A DNA stretch of 64,000 bases from Patescibacteria group bacterium (GCA_040384565.1 JAZKJC010000005.1:76796-140795); one strand, 5' to 3'; counted from the stretch's first letter, positions 28,081 to 37,861 are shown. The notes: a model not told the origin generated them from the sequence alone. Numbers and translations: made by a program.

Positions 28081-29361
28081 CTACCTTACGCGGACTCGCT
28101 GCACACGTTTAGCTACATCAGTTACTTTTCTGGCAGCCCGTGGTAACCGGCCATTGCGGGGCTCTGGAGGCTTGATTGCCGTGAATCCGGTTGCAGTAAA
28201 TCTTTCAAATGGAAAGGTGCTGGCAATCTTATGCTCGCCTGCGTCAATCGGTACTGCCACGCTACTATCTACTCCAGTTTCATCAGCCATGTGCGTATCA
28301 TCTGGGGGCTCAAGCGGTGTTTGAGGGCTGTGTTTAAGTTCACCTTTATCATCCGGTTCATCTACTGTGATAACTTCAGCAGTATTTGAGCTACCTTCAT
28401 GATCAATATAGTGAGCCAACAATAGGGCCATAGGGTGGAACTCAATCGGTTCAACCACTTCCTGTGCTTCTACTATCACGCTCGGCAAAGGATATTCCCC
28501 ATATTTTGGATCAAAGGAATTACGCCCATCGACAAAGAGCACGCCATCAGCGTCTAAGCCTAGATAGAGCTGATAATCCGCTCTATCCTCCGCAATTATG
28601 GGCAGTTCATCACGGCCTATAGGTTGTATTATTGGATGCTCCACATCCGGATCGTACCGAACACCATGCATCCTTAGCACTTCATCAGCAGTGGGGGTAG
28701 CCAGAGTAACGCCCCAGCCACTGGGAGTGTTCGGGTCAAAAAAACTTTGGTCTCCTATCATGACGCTCCGTATACCACTGCCATTTTCACCATCTGCCTC
28801 TTGTCTTGCCATTGCCATGAGCTGTTCCAGGGTTTCTCTTCTAGAGCCGTCAGACCCATCGGCAAAATGTGAGTTATTTAGCAGGCCGCCGACTACTGTT
28901 TCAAGATTACGGTGGCCAGCAACTCCTACAAACAAAGGCGAAAGTTCCCTGACACGGTCGGCATCCAGATCTTCTTGCAAGGCTTTTGTTGTTATACGGC
29001 TAGCATAGGCCGGATCATCAGTGCCGTTAGGAACAACTACTTTCAGGCATGCTATAACGCCTACACCGAAACTTGCTTCTATAGGGATCGGCTGCCCATC
29101 AATAAAGCGGGTACCTTCTGCTAAAAGTAACGGCATAGCAGTCGTATCTAAAGCAACAGTTTCACGGCCAGTCTGGACGAATTGCTGCATATAAGCGTCT
29201 TCAAAGCCTGCTTCTCCAGGAAGCATAGGAACTGATATGCACCGGCTATTCGAACCATCAACCAGCGTTTGCCCGTGCACGTAATCAGGCGACAAAGCAG
29301 CATCAGTACTTGCAGAGTCTGGCTTAAACATCTCGGCTAGGGAATGAGGAGTTTTTATCAT
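28081..29361 (-). CDS. Hypothetical soluble acidic protein (426 aa)
   Basis: Long ORF whose start overlaps the upstream stop by 4 nt (ATGA at 29358-29361). I saw no TM segment, Walker motif or other recognisable motif. Confidence 0.6.
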   Translation of the reverse strand: MIKTPHSLAEMFKPDSASTDAALSPDYVHGQTLVDGSNSRCISVPMLPGEAGFEDAYMQQFVQTGRETVALDTTAMPLLLAEGTRFIDGQPIPIEASFGVGVIACLKVVVPNGTDDPAYASRITTKALQEDLDADRVRELSPLFVGVAGHRNLETVVGGLLNNSHFADGSDGSRRETLEQLMAMARQEADGENGSGIRSVMIGDQSFFDPNTPSGWGVTLATPTADEVLRMHGVRYDPDVEHPIIQPIGRDELPIIAEDRADYQLYLGLDADGVLFVDGRNSFDPKYGEYPLPSVIVEAQEVVEPIEFHPMALLLAHYIDHEGSSNTAEVITVDEPDDKGELKHSPQTPLEPPDDTHMADETGVDSSVAVPIDAGEHKIASTFPFERFTATGFTAIKPPEPRNGRLPRAARKVTDVAKRVQRVRVR

Positions 29362-31541
29362 GAGCCAAGTCCTAATTGCTCCGGTAGATTATTGCGCTTC
29401 ACTGGCCGGCCAATATTACGGGCTACTTTGGTTTCGCTGTCCGGCTGCTGTCCCGAGCGCCAGCTTAGTACCTTATGTCCATGCAACAATACGCCGGATA
29501 AAGCGACTTCGCTTTCAGATAAAGGTTCGCCTGTGGGTTCGTACTGACCCTCTAAACCCTTCAGCGTTGCTTTATCATATCCCAGCTTATTCTTTTTTGC
29601 GGCGATATCGCTTCTGGTGGCTATTGTTCGATGAACGCGCACCGACTGTCCATCTGCCGTTCGGACAAACAACACGCCGTCGCCTTCGGCAATTGAATCT
29701 TTTACTTTTGTATGTATTTTTGGCCCTGAGCGGGAATTAACCCGTTGGATTCGGGTTGGAGCGAACCGGCGTTGCAAAGGCTGTTCGGTAAGCATTTCTA
29801 CAAGTGTGGGATGGTAGGGTAGTGCCGCTGGCTGGGTTTCAAAATAATTCATTCCTTCATTTAATACTCTAAGCAGTCTTCCAGGGGCAGCAAGGGCATC
29901 AACAATGAGGAATTTGCGTTTTCGCATATCACCATGTTTGGAAGTTACCTCCACATGGGCGGCAAGCCCAAACATCATATTTTCTTTATGCGGATTCCAG
30001 AATGATTGTAATAACTCCTCAATATAATAACCATGAGGCGCGGAGTGGGGCATAACGTCTCCGTCTCTGTACACCACAGTGCCCTTTATGCCAGCTTTAT
30101 CAGGATCCGTTTCATTCATCGATATACGTCTAAACAGTTCATTGCCCTGAGTAGCTTCCATAATAAATCTGACGTCAAAAGGAAGCTTGCTGTATTTGAT
30201 ACTTACTCCAGACGCGTCCATTTCATAAGCTTCGTCATGCAAAGTTTTAGTTGGGTCCTCCGCGTCATAGAGGTCACGGAAAAATTCTATATCAAATGGA
30301 TCCATGCCCCTTAAAAAGGCGCGCATAGGATTCGGGATCCTAACGTTTTTTATATCTTCTATGGCTTGTACGTAGCCTTTGGATTGCTCTACGTGGTGGC
30401 CGTATCCTAGTGCTTGCATGACTGCCCGCCGGATGTTGTCGCGGCGGTTTTCTATACGGGCAAGCTCGTGGTCCAGTTGGGCTCTGGAAGCTTGTTTTGC
30501 TTCATCATCCTCTGCCGGCTTATGCTTATAATCTGCCTTTATTGCCGCTTCTTTCCGGTCTTCTGTGAGCATGGCATTATAGCCGCGGCAAGGAATACTC
30601 CAGTCCGCGGGTGTAACACTATGAAATCGGTAAATCTCAATCAGTTTGAGGACAGCAGCGTTGATATTTCTTTTCTTGGCGGTGACATAGTGCGCGGCGT
30701 TATCAAACCGGAAATCTCCTGCTACATGCATATCATGAAATGTCTCCATAAGCGTGTCTACGATTTTTCTGTATCTGTCTTTGTCCTTAAAATCTTCCGC
30801 GAACTCTTCCGCGAAGCGTAAGCCGGCTGCCTTGAGCCAACCCTCTTCCATAGGTGGCACCTCATCTGGATCTATCTGGGATAGTAAGTCCTCTGGCGGG
30901 AGGTCAAGTAACTGAAAATACGCGTCCCAGTGATTAATATCGGTGTCAGCCAGTACGCCGGCTAGCCGCCATTCTCCTTGACCTTTAATGTGATCCATAT
31001 GCCCCAAAGGTCCTGGTGTGTCTTCATCCAATTCGAACACTAGAAGACAGTTACTAAGCTCCTCCAGTACCGTGCCCTTATGTTCTGCTTTGGCCCTCAA
31101 TACGGCCGCCTGGCGGTAAATTTCTCCTTCTGCCCAGTCTTCATCAAGTACCGCATGAATTACTTCTTCGCTTGATCCGCCGCCAGAAAGCGGCCCTATG
31201 CTGGTTCTTTCCGTATGAACACGGCCGTGCACAGCCCAAGCGGGATCCCAGTTTTTAAACTCAACAAGGATTCTAGGAAACGCGACGTCGTGAAACAAGT
31301 CGTCATAGCCTTCGCCTAGCGCAACGTAACCTATTGCCACGGAAGAACGCCACTCCTCCAATGGGCTACGCTCACGTCTCAAAGCGTTTGGATCCACTTG
31401 AGAGGCAGAAAACCTCAACAGCTCCTCATGGGTGAGACCTGCCCCCAGGACTTCCGCAGCGACTGCCGAAGCTGGAGTAACACTACTTTCTGGCGTACCC
31501 ACAGGTGACACTGATGTTCCCGGTGCTTCTACATTTGGCAT
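29358..31541 (-). CDS. Hypothetical soluble protein (727 aa)
   Basis: This is the longest orphan ORF in the window and the first gene of the minus-strand unit. I recognised no nucleotide-binding or catalytic motif. Confidence 0.6.
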   Translation of the reverse strand: MPNVEAPGTSVSPVGTPESSVTPASAVAAEVLGAGLTHEELLRFSASQVDPNALRRERSPLEEWRSSVAIGYVALGEGYDDLFHDVAFPRILVEFKNWDPAWAVHGRVHTERTSIGPLSGGGSSEEVIHAVLDEDWAEGEIYRQAAVLRAKAEHKGTVLEELSNCLLVFELDEDTPGPLGHMDHIKGQGEWRLAGVLADTDINHWDAYFQLLDLPPEDLLSQIDPDEVPPMEEGWLKAAGLRFAEEFAEDFKDKDRYRKIVDTLMETFHDMHVAGDFRFDNAAHYVTAKKRNINAAVLKLIEIYRFHSVTPADWSIPCRGYNAMLTEDRKEAAIKADYKHKPAEDDEAKQASRAQLDHELARIENRRDNIRRAVMQALGYGHHVEQSKGYVQAIEDIKNVRIPNPMRAFLRGMDPFDIEFFRDLYDAEDPTKTLHDEAYEMDASGVSIKYSKLPFDVRFIMEATQGNELFRRISMNETDPDKAGIKGTVVYRDGDVMPHSAPHGYYIEELLQSFWNPHKENMMFGLAAHVEVTSKHGDMRKRKFLIVDALAAPGRLLRVLNEGMNYFETQPAALPYHPTLVEMLTEQPLQRRFAPTRIQRVNSRSGPKIHTKVKDSIAEGDGVLFVRTADGQSVRVHRTIATRSDIAAKKNKLGYDKATLKGLEGQYEPTGEPLSESEVALSGVLLHGHKVLSWRSGQQPDSETKVARNIGRPVKRNNLPEQLGLGS

Positions 31542-31780
31542 AAATTACTCGTTCGAGATGTTATTGACATATGACAACCCTAATTCACTTTCAATTTTTC
31601 CATCAAACCATGGATAGAAACATAATGCAAGGGTTTGGTGTGTAGTTTGCAACGTTTACATCTGTTGATGTACCAGATTTTTGTAGAATTTACTACGACT
31701 ATTTTGACAATCAATCAATTAGGGTGTTGAATGAACTGTATCAAAAATGAACGATATATTATCTATATAAGGAGGTAGTT

Positions 31781-32071
31781 ATGGCTGATAGTGCAAAACC
31801 AGGATTCGTACGGATGGCAGTTGAATGGGGTTTAGTGGTTGGAGTCGGTGTTAGTTCGTTTATTGGACACCAAGATCTTGCCGGTCAGCATGAAGAACAC
31901 TCGCCCGGTGTTATAAAAACGGTGGGGCATGCTGTATTAGATCATGCGCGCGTATTTGGTATAGCGGAGCCATCTCCTACTCACGGCGCCAAACACGAGG
32001 GACAATTATTTGGATATGATATTTTGGGTCTTATATCGCTGGGTGGTTATATGTACGCAAGAAGGAGTTAA
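31781..32071 (+). CDS. Hypothetical small His-rich membrane protein (96 aa)
   Basis: A strong RBS (AAGGAGG) precedes the ATG. Two hydrophobic segments flank a loop containing eight His residues. Confidence 0.5.
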   Translation: MADSAKPGFVRMAVEWGLVVGVGVSSFIGHQDLAGQHEEHSPGVIKTVGHAVLDHARVFGIAEPSPTHGAKHEGQLFGYDILGLISLGGYMYARRS

Positions 32072-32180
32072 GAATGGTCGTGCTCCAGACTTAAATTTGA
32101 CAAAATAGCTATTGCGTGATTAATTACGAATGTAGTTATGTGGAAAAGTTTAAGTTATTAATATATATCGAGGTAGTGGT

Positions 32181-33755
32181 ATGAGAGCTGAACAAGGATA
32201 TGGCGACAAGACAAGACGAGTAGGCTTAGTAGGGGATGACGGGTCATTAGAAGATCCAGGAGTATTATCAGCTCCAGAAGCAGATCCATCGACTAGTATG
32301 GCCGCGTTATTTTCTCACGCGCCCGGTGTGGATGTGATTGAAGCTGAAAGTAGTGGAAGTGGAGTCCATAGATTTGTAAGCGAGGTTGCTGGCAGGGAGC
32401 CTTTAGAGATGACTTTACCCCACCCCACAGTTAATCTTCCTGGTGCTGGTGCTCACGAAGCTGGAGATACTGCCTTAGCAGCTAATGCACGACCAATTGA
32501 AGTAGATATTGACCCTAATGGAATCATGGGTGAAGTAATTGTTACTGCTCGTGACTTGCAACTCACAAAAGCAATGGAGCATAGAGATGCTTTGAGTTTA
32601 TGGCAGCGTAGAGACGCTAAATTTGCTAATGCGGTTCCAGTTGAGCCCTATGGACTTAGATTTGACGCGCAGGACGCGGCTACCACGCAACTCGTGCGAC
32701 TATTACCTCCTGTGCTAGTGGAAGTAACGGACAGTATTTTTGCTGAGGTTTTAGATCCACTAGCGCGTGGCCATTCAGAGGCGAATTATGTAGTTAAATT
32801 TGGTGGTGTAAAGGATGGAAAAAAAGGAGTTGAAGAAAGATTCTTTGGAAATCGTGTGCCCCACAAAGTGATCGCAGGGCGCAATGAACGTCTTGCTGAT
32901 CTGACTCAGGCTTCTGGCAAGGTAGGCTTGGAGAGTGTAGCTGCACACCCAATTGATCCAAACGCAGCTACAGTTAGAGCGTTAAAAACGCTAGGCGTAC
33001 CCATTGCTTTAACGATCCAAGAGAGAATTGTTGTAGATGATGAAGAAATAACCAGGGACAGAACTTTTGTTGATGGTATGAAATTTGCACTTGCCGTAGA
33101 AGGAAAAGTGCCAGTTCCAATGACTGCTGATATGGAAAATGCATTAGCAATGGAGGCGGAATTGCTGACAGCGGAAACAGATGGTTCGGAAGCACCTATA
33201 AGTCCGTTAAATGTTGTGTTAACAAGCGCATTGAAAGTAATAGCCAGGCGCGATACTGTGTTTAGGATAAAAGGCGGTAGGGGCAGCACGTATGAAACGC
33301 AGCTCTTAATTGCGGCAGATGATGGATCAAGGTTATTACTTGCAGGATCACCGGAATTAACTCAAGCGCCAGGCAGCCGCCGTGAGCCCGTTGTATTAAC
33401 TGAAGTAGGAGCATTCGCAATACATCCTAATATTGTTGATAGCGTCCAGCAGCATTTGAATGGACAAAGAACCAATGAAGAGGTGCCGGTAGAAGCAGGA
33501 TTAGGGGCAAAAATCAAAAGAGCTCCGCGTGTTGAAGCTGATCTTATTGGTATAACTGAAGGTTTGATGAATGCACAAAGAGTTGGTATTAGAGGTACTA
33601 AGGTAGAAATAAGATCCCCCCGACGCAGAGTAAGCAATGTTCAAGCAGCTGCGCAGCTGGCAATTGAAGCTTCTCCAACTGATGAGCCTGAAGTCTCTGG
33701 AGATGATCTACTCAGTGGAACAACAGATGACGTTCATCGCGAACTTTCAGAGTAA
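32181..33755 (+). CDS. Hypothetical soluble acidic protein (524 aa)
   Basis: Long ORF with the RBS GAGGTAGTGG before the ATG. No TM segment or known motif recognised. Confidence 0.6.
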   Translation: MRAEQGYGDKTRRVGLVGDDGSLEDPGVLSAPEADPSTSMAALFSHAPGVDVIEAESSGSGVHRFVSEVAGREPLEMTLPHPTVNLPGAGAHEAGDTALAANARPIEVDIDPNGIMGEVIVTARDLQLTKAMEHRDALSLWQRRDAKFANAVPVEPYGLRFDAQDAATTQLVRLLPPVLVEVTDSIFAEVLDPLARGHSEANYVVKFGGVKDGKKGVEERFFGNRVPHKVIAGRNERLADLTQASGKVGLESVAAHPIDPNAATVRALKTLGVPIALTIQERIVVDDEEITRDRTFVDGMKFALAVEGKVPVPMTADMENALAMEAELLTAETDGSEAPISPLNVVLTSALKVIARRDTVFRIKGGRGSTYETQLLIAADDGSRLLLAGSPELTQAPGSRREPVVLTEVGAFAIHPNIVDSVQQHLNGQRTNEEVPVEAGLGAKIKRAPRVEADLIGITEGLMNAQRVGIRGTKVEIRSPRRRVSNVQAAAQLAIEASPTDEPEVSGDDLLSGTTDDVHRELSE

Positions 33756-33800
33756 ACTCTAGGTACGTACAAAGCCATTCAACGCTATAATACGTAAGCT

Positions 33801-34334
33801 ATGTTGAGGCTTCAGCGAGAACCCCGTACGCCGCGCTTTGTTCCGGACTATCTGGCCCGGTCTGTTGAGGCTGTGGATTTTAAACAGCTTGCCGATCAAG
33901 GTATCCGCTATATCGCCTTTGATGCTGACAGTACGCTGGTTAACTTCCGTGGGCGGGAACTATCACCAAGTACGAAGTTGTTTTTGCAAAAGCAGCGCAA
34001 ACTGTTTGATAAATGGTGTATTGCCAGCAACCGTATCACCAATGATCTATTGCCTTTGGCTGAAAGCATGGACGCGCAGGTCATCCGCGCGTCTTTGTGG
34101 ACTCGCAAGCCATCCCGCCGGTTTTTTAACACTGTATTGACATTTTTTGGCGGCAAACCGCAGGAGATAGCCATGATAGGCGACAAGCTCATAGCTGATA
34201 TATGGGGGGCCAAACGGGCTGGCATGGTTACCATATGGGTGGAAAAGATTGGTCAGGATAACCCGTTGGACTGGATATTCCGGGTGCGGCAAATAGAAAA
34301 ATGGCTCATGAGAGCCTACAGGCCCAAAAAATGA
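33801..34334 (+). CDS. HAD-superfamily phosphatase, YqeG-like (subfamily IIIA)
   Basis: HAD motif I FDADSTLV, motif IV-like IGDKLIADIWGAKRAG, and the size are all typical of the YqeG family. Confidence 0.7.
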   Translation: MLRLQREPRTPRFVPDYLARSVEAVDFKQLADQGIRYIAFDADSTLVNFRGRELSPSTKLFLQKQRKLFDKWCIASNRITNDLLPLAESMDAQVIRASLWTRKPSRRFFNTVLTFFGGKPQEIAMIGDKLIADIWGAKRAGMVTIWVEKIGQDNPLDWIFRVRQIEKWLMRAYRPKK

Positions 34335-35905
34335 ATGATATTCTTACTCGCAAACTTAAAGATGTGCCCAAGACTCCGGGGGTGTATTTTCATAAAAATG
34401 CTAAGGGGCAGATTATTTATGTGGGCAAGGCGGCGGTGTTGCGTAACCGGGTACGGCAATATTTTCAGGCCAGCCGGAGCCGTGATCCCAAGACTGAGGC
34501 GCTGGTAGCGGAAATTGCTGATGTCGACTGGATGGAAGTAGAGACTGAACTGGACGCGTTGTTTTTGGAGGGCGAGTTAATCAGGCGCTATATGCCGCCA
34601 TATAATATTCTGCTTCGTGATGATAAATCGTTTGTGTATATTCGGATAGACGAAGCCAGTGATTATCCAACCGTCACTACAACCCGCCGGCCGCTAGATG
34701 ACGGTGCCAAATACTTCGGGCCTTACTTAAGCGTCATGAGTGTGCGGCAAGCGCTGAAACTGCTGCGCAGAGTTTTCCCGTTTGCTGTTCGCCGTGTCCA
34801 GGGCCAAAAACGCGCCTCGCTGTACTATCACCTGGGGCTGGATCCGGGCTTGGAGGACGGCCACACAAACCTGGAAGATTACCGGGCAAATTTGCGCAGA
34901 CTCATAGCGGTTATTGATGGCAAGCGTAAAAACATCGAGCGCGAACTAGAAAAAAACATGAAACAATTTGCGAAAAATTCGCAATTTGAAGAAGCGGCTA
35001 ATGCCAGGAACCAGCTATTTGCGCTGCGGCGGTTAAATCATCAGGTAATATTTAGCGATAAGGAATTTTTGGATATCAGCAAAGACCATGCCCTAAGTGA
35101 GCTTGTGGAACTTTTGGGGCTAGAAAAGTTCCCGAGGCGAATCGAGGGCTATGACATATCGCACATGAGCGGCACTGATGTAGTTGCCAGCATGGTGGTG
35201 TTTGAGAACGGCGTTACCAACAAGGGTGAATATCGTAAATTCAAAACTAAAATAAATCAAAACGACGATTTTTACAATATGAACGAAACTATCAAACGCC
35301 GTTTAAGTGATAAAAACCTAAAAGCCTGGGGCAAGCCAGACCTAATGCTGATAGATGGTGGCAAAGGCCAGCTGGATGCCGCCATCCGCGCCCGCGACGC
35401 TGCCGCTAATGTACAAGGTTCAACCTTGTACATACCAATTATTGGGCTGGCTAAGCGGGAAGAACAGATTGTGATTCAGAAAAAGAAAGTGAGCAAAGAG
35501 CAAAGAGCAAAGAGCGGTGAGGGGGCACTAGAGCCTATAATTAGCCTAAATGATGAGGTGCTCCACAAGTTGGGCGGGTTTAAAACTGAGTCAGACGATT
35601 TTATACTGATAAATCTGCCCCACAGCACAAACTTAATCAAGCTATTGCAGAGAATTAGGGATGAGTCGCACAGATTTGCAGTTAGTTACCACTCAGTTTT
35701 GAAAGTAAAACGCCAGACAGCCAGTATGCTTGATGAGATTCCTACGATTGGTCCAAGTACGCGCAAAAAGCTTATACTGACTTTTGGTAGCATGAGGGGA
35801 TTGTTACAGGCGCGGGAAATGGAAATAGAAAAAACGATCGGAGTTAAAAAAGCAGCCATTCTAAAACAATATTTAAAACCCATAAGACAAGAGTCCAAAA
35901 GATGA
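34331..35905 (+). CDS. uvrC: Excinuclease ABC subunit C
   Basis: GIY-YIG N-terminus PGVYF...IIYVGKA..LRNRV..YF, a UVR domain, an endonuclease region (DGGKGQL, LLQRIRDESHRFA) and a C-terminal HhH region. I took the ATG at 34331, which overlaps the upstream TGA. Confidence 0.9.
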   Translation: MNDILTRKLKDVPKTPGVYFHKNAKGQIIYVGKAAVLRNRVRQYFQASRSRDPKTEALVAEIADVDWMEVETELDALFLEGELIRRYMPPYNILLRDDKSFVYIRIDEASDYPTVTTTRRPLDDGAKYFGPYLSVMSVRQALKLLRRVFPFAVRRVQGQKRASLYYHLGLDPGLEDGHTNLEDYRANLRRLIAVIDGKRKNIERELEKNMKQFAKNSQFEEAANARNQLFALRRLNHQVIFSDKEFLDISKDHALSELVELLGLEKFPRRIEGYDISHMSGTDVVASMVVFENGVTNKGEYRKFKTKINQNDDFYNMNETIKRRLSDKNLKAWGKPDLMLIDGGKGQLDAAIRARDAAANVQGSTLYIPIIGLAKREEQIVIQKKKVSKEQRAKSGEGALEPIISLNDEVLHKLGGFKTESDDFILINLPHSTNLIKLLQRIRDESHRFAVSYHSVLKVKRQTASMLDEIPTIGPSTRKKLILTFGSMRGLLQAREMEIEKTIGVKKAAILKQYLKPIRQESKR

Positions 35906-36615
35906 GGGGTATACTGATAAGAATTATGTGGCCATTAATTGTAATAATCGCCGGATTGCTACTGATAGGAAGTATACGAATTTTGATAGTTAAAAGGTCG
36001 GTTACAACATATAAAAATTATTGGAATAAACTTGCCGAAACGTCGTATCCAACCAGTAGCTTATTGTATGTAGCTTTAGGTGATTCTGCTGCGCAGGGTA
36101 TAGGCGCTAGTAAACCCCAGAAAGGCTATGTGGGGCTGATAGCTTCAGAGCTGGAAACTCAATATGGCAACTCAGTCCGGGTGATAAATCTCAGCTTTAC
36201 CGGAGCAAAAGTCCAGGATGTAATTAATGAACAACTACCAGCGCTTAAAAAGCTGCCTATAGATAAAAATACAATCATAACCTTAGGTGTTGGAGCAAAC
36301 GATACCGGCAATTTTGAGGAATCCAAATTCCGCGTGCAAATTGAAAACCTATTTTCGCAACTTCCCGCGCAAACAATCGTAGCTGATATACCATACTTTG
36401 GTGGCGGGCGGCACAATAAACGTGAGCAGTCAGCCATTAACGGATCAGTAATCATTCGTGAAAGTGCTCAAAAAAACGGAATTAAGGTGGCTGATTTGCA
36501 TGACATAACTAAACTTCGTGATGATCTAAGTACTTACGCCGTAGACTTTTTCCATCCCAATGACAAAGGCTACCGTAATTGGTATGAAGCCTTTAGACAA
36601 CCGCTAAACCTTTAG
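35902..36615 (+). CDS. SGNH/GDSL-family hydrolase
   Basis: N-terminal TM segment, block I ALGDSAAQG, block III GVGANDT, block V DFFHPND. Confidence 0.75.
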   Translation: MRGILIRIMWPLIVIIAGLLLIGSIRILIVKRSVTTYKNYWNKLAETSYPTSSLLYVALGDSAAQGIGASKPQKGYVGLIASELETQYGNSVRVINLSFTGAKVQDVINEQLPALKKLPIDKNTIITLGVGANDTGNFEESKFRVQIENLFSQLPAQTIVADIPYFGGGRHNKREQSAINGSVIIRESAQKNGIKVADLHDITKLRDDLSTYAVDFFHPNDKGYRNWYEAFRQPLNL

Positions 36616-36640
36616 GTTTGCTATACTTAAAGCCTAAGTT

Positions 36641-37861
36641 ATGAGTAGTGAGTTTACTGCCGAGTTTTTCCGCGCAAACCGTGAAAAATTAAGGACATTA
36701 TTTACGGGGACAGCACCGATTGTATTAACGGCAAACGGTTTGATGCAGCGTAGTACCGATACTGCCTACCCTTTCAAGCAAGATAGTAGTTTTTGGTACT
36801 TGACGGGTATTGACGAGCCAAACATTGTTTTGGTTATGGATAGGGCCAGGGAATACCTTATTGTCCCCGAGTTAAGTCCAACTAGGGTTGCTTTTGATGG
36901 CGCTATTGACGTTAATAAACTGATTGCAACCAGCGGTATATCGGACGTGACTAATGAAAAAGAGGGCTGGAAACGTCTTGAGACAAGATTAAAAAAAGTA
37001 ACAAACCTCGCTGTCGTGTCACCAGCGCCTGCCTATATTGAAACAATTGGAATGTATACTAACCCGGCTCGGGCCAGACTATCTAAAGATATAAAAAGCA
37101 TAAATCCGGATTTGACACTGCTAGACCTAAGGCAGCACATAGGGCGAATGCGCATGGTTAAAGGGCCAGAAGAGCTGGCAACACTTAAAAAGAGCATAGA
37201 TACTACTGTAAAAGCACTCCAAAAAGTTCATAGAAAATTTGTAAAAAAACAATATTCAAACGAATATGAAATTGAATTAGATTTAACAAGAGAATTTTGG
37301 CGCAAGGGGGCTAGCGGGCATAGTTTTGAGCCGATTGTCGCAGCTGGCAAAAAGGCCGCCACCATTCATCCTACAGGCAATAACGGAGAGGTTGTCTACG
37401 ACGAACCACTTTTACTTGATGTTGGCGCTGAACACAATCATTATGCCGCTGATATTTCACGTACATGGATGATCCAGCCTACTAAGCGTTTTGGCGCTGT
37501 CTATAATTCCGTCAAGGAAGTGGCTGATTACGCCATGTCAATTTTGAAGCCCGGGGTGATAATTCGGGATTATGAAAAACAAGTAGAGAGCCACATGGGT
37601 GAAAAGCTTCGCGAGCTGGGATTGATTAAAACTATCGATCACGACAGCGTAAGGCAGTATTTTCCGCACGCCACGTCGCACTTCCTAGGTATTGATGTCC
37701 ACGATGTTGGCGACTATGACAGACCACTTGAACCTGGTGTGGTTATGACTGTGGAGCCGGGTATCTACATACCAGAGGAGGGTATTGGTGTCCGTATAGA
37801 AGACGACGTCCTGATTACTCAAAAAGGCTCAAAAAACTTAAGCGGTAATCTGGTTAGATGA
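36641..37861 (+). CDS. pepP: Xaa-Pro aminopeptidase (M24B family)
   Basis: It has the creatinase-like N-terminus with FWYLTG. M24 metal-ligand context: LLLDVGAEHNHYAADISRT, HATSHFLGIDVHD, TVEPGIY, RIEDDV. Confidence 0.85.
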   Translation: MSSEFTAEFFRANREKLRTLFTGTAPIVLTANGLMQRSTDTAYPFKQDSSFWYLTGIDEPNIVLVMDRAREYLIVPELSPTRVAFDGAIDVNKLIATSGISDVTNEKEGWKRLETRLKKVTNLAVVSPAPAYIETIGMYTNPARARLSKDIKSINPDLTLLDLRQHIGRMRMVKGPEELATLKKSIDTTVKALQKVHRKFVKKQYSNEYEIELDLTREFWRKGASGHSFEPIVAAGKKAATIHPTGNNGEVVYDEPLLLDVGAEHNHYAADISRTWMIQPTKRFGAVYNSVKEVADYAMSILKPGVIIRDYEKQVESHMGEKLRELGLIKTIDHDSVRQYFPHATSHFLGIDVHDVGDYDRPLEPGVVMTVEPGIYIPEEGIGVRIEDDVLITQKGSKNLSGNLVR

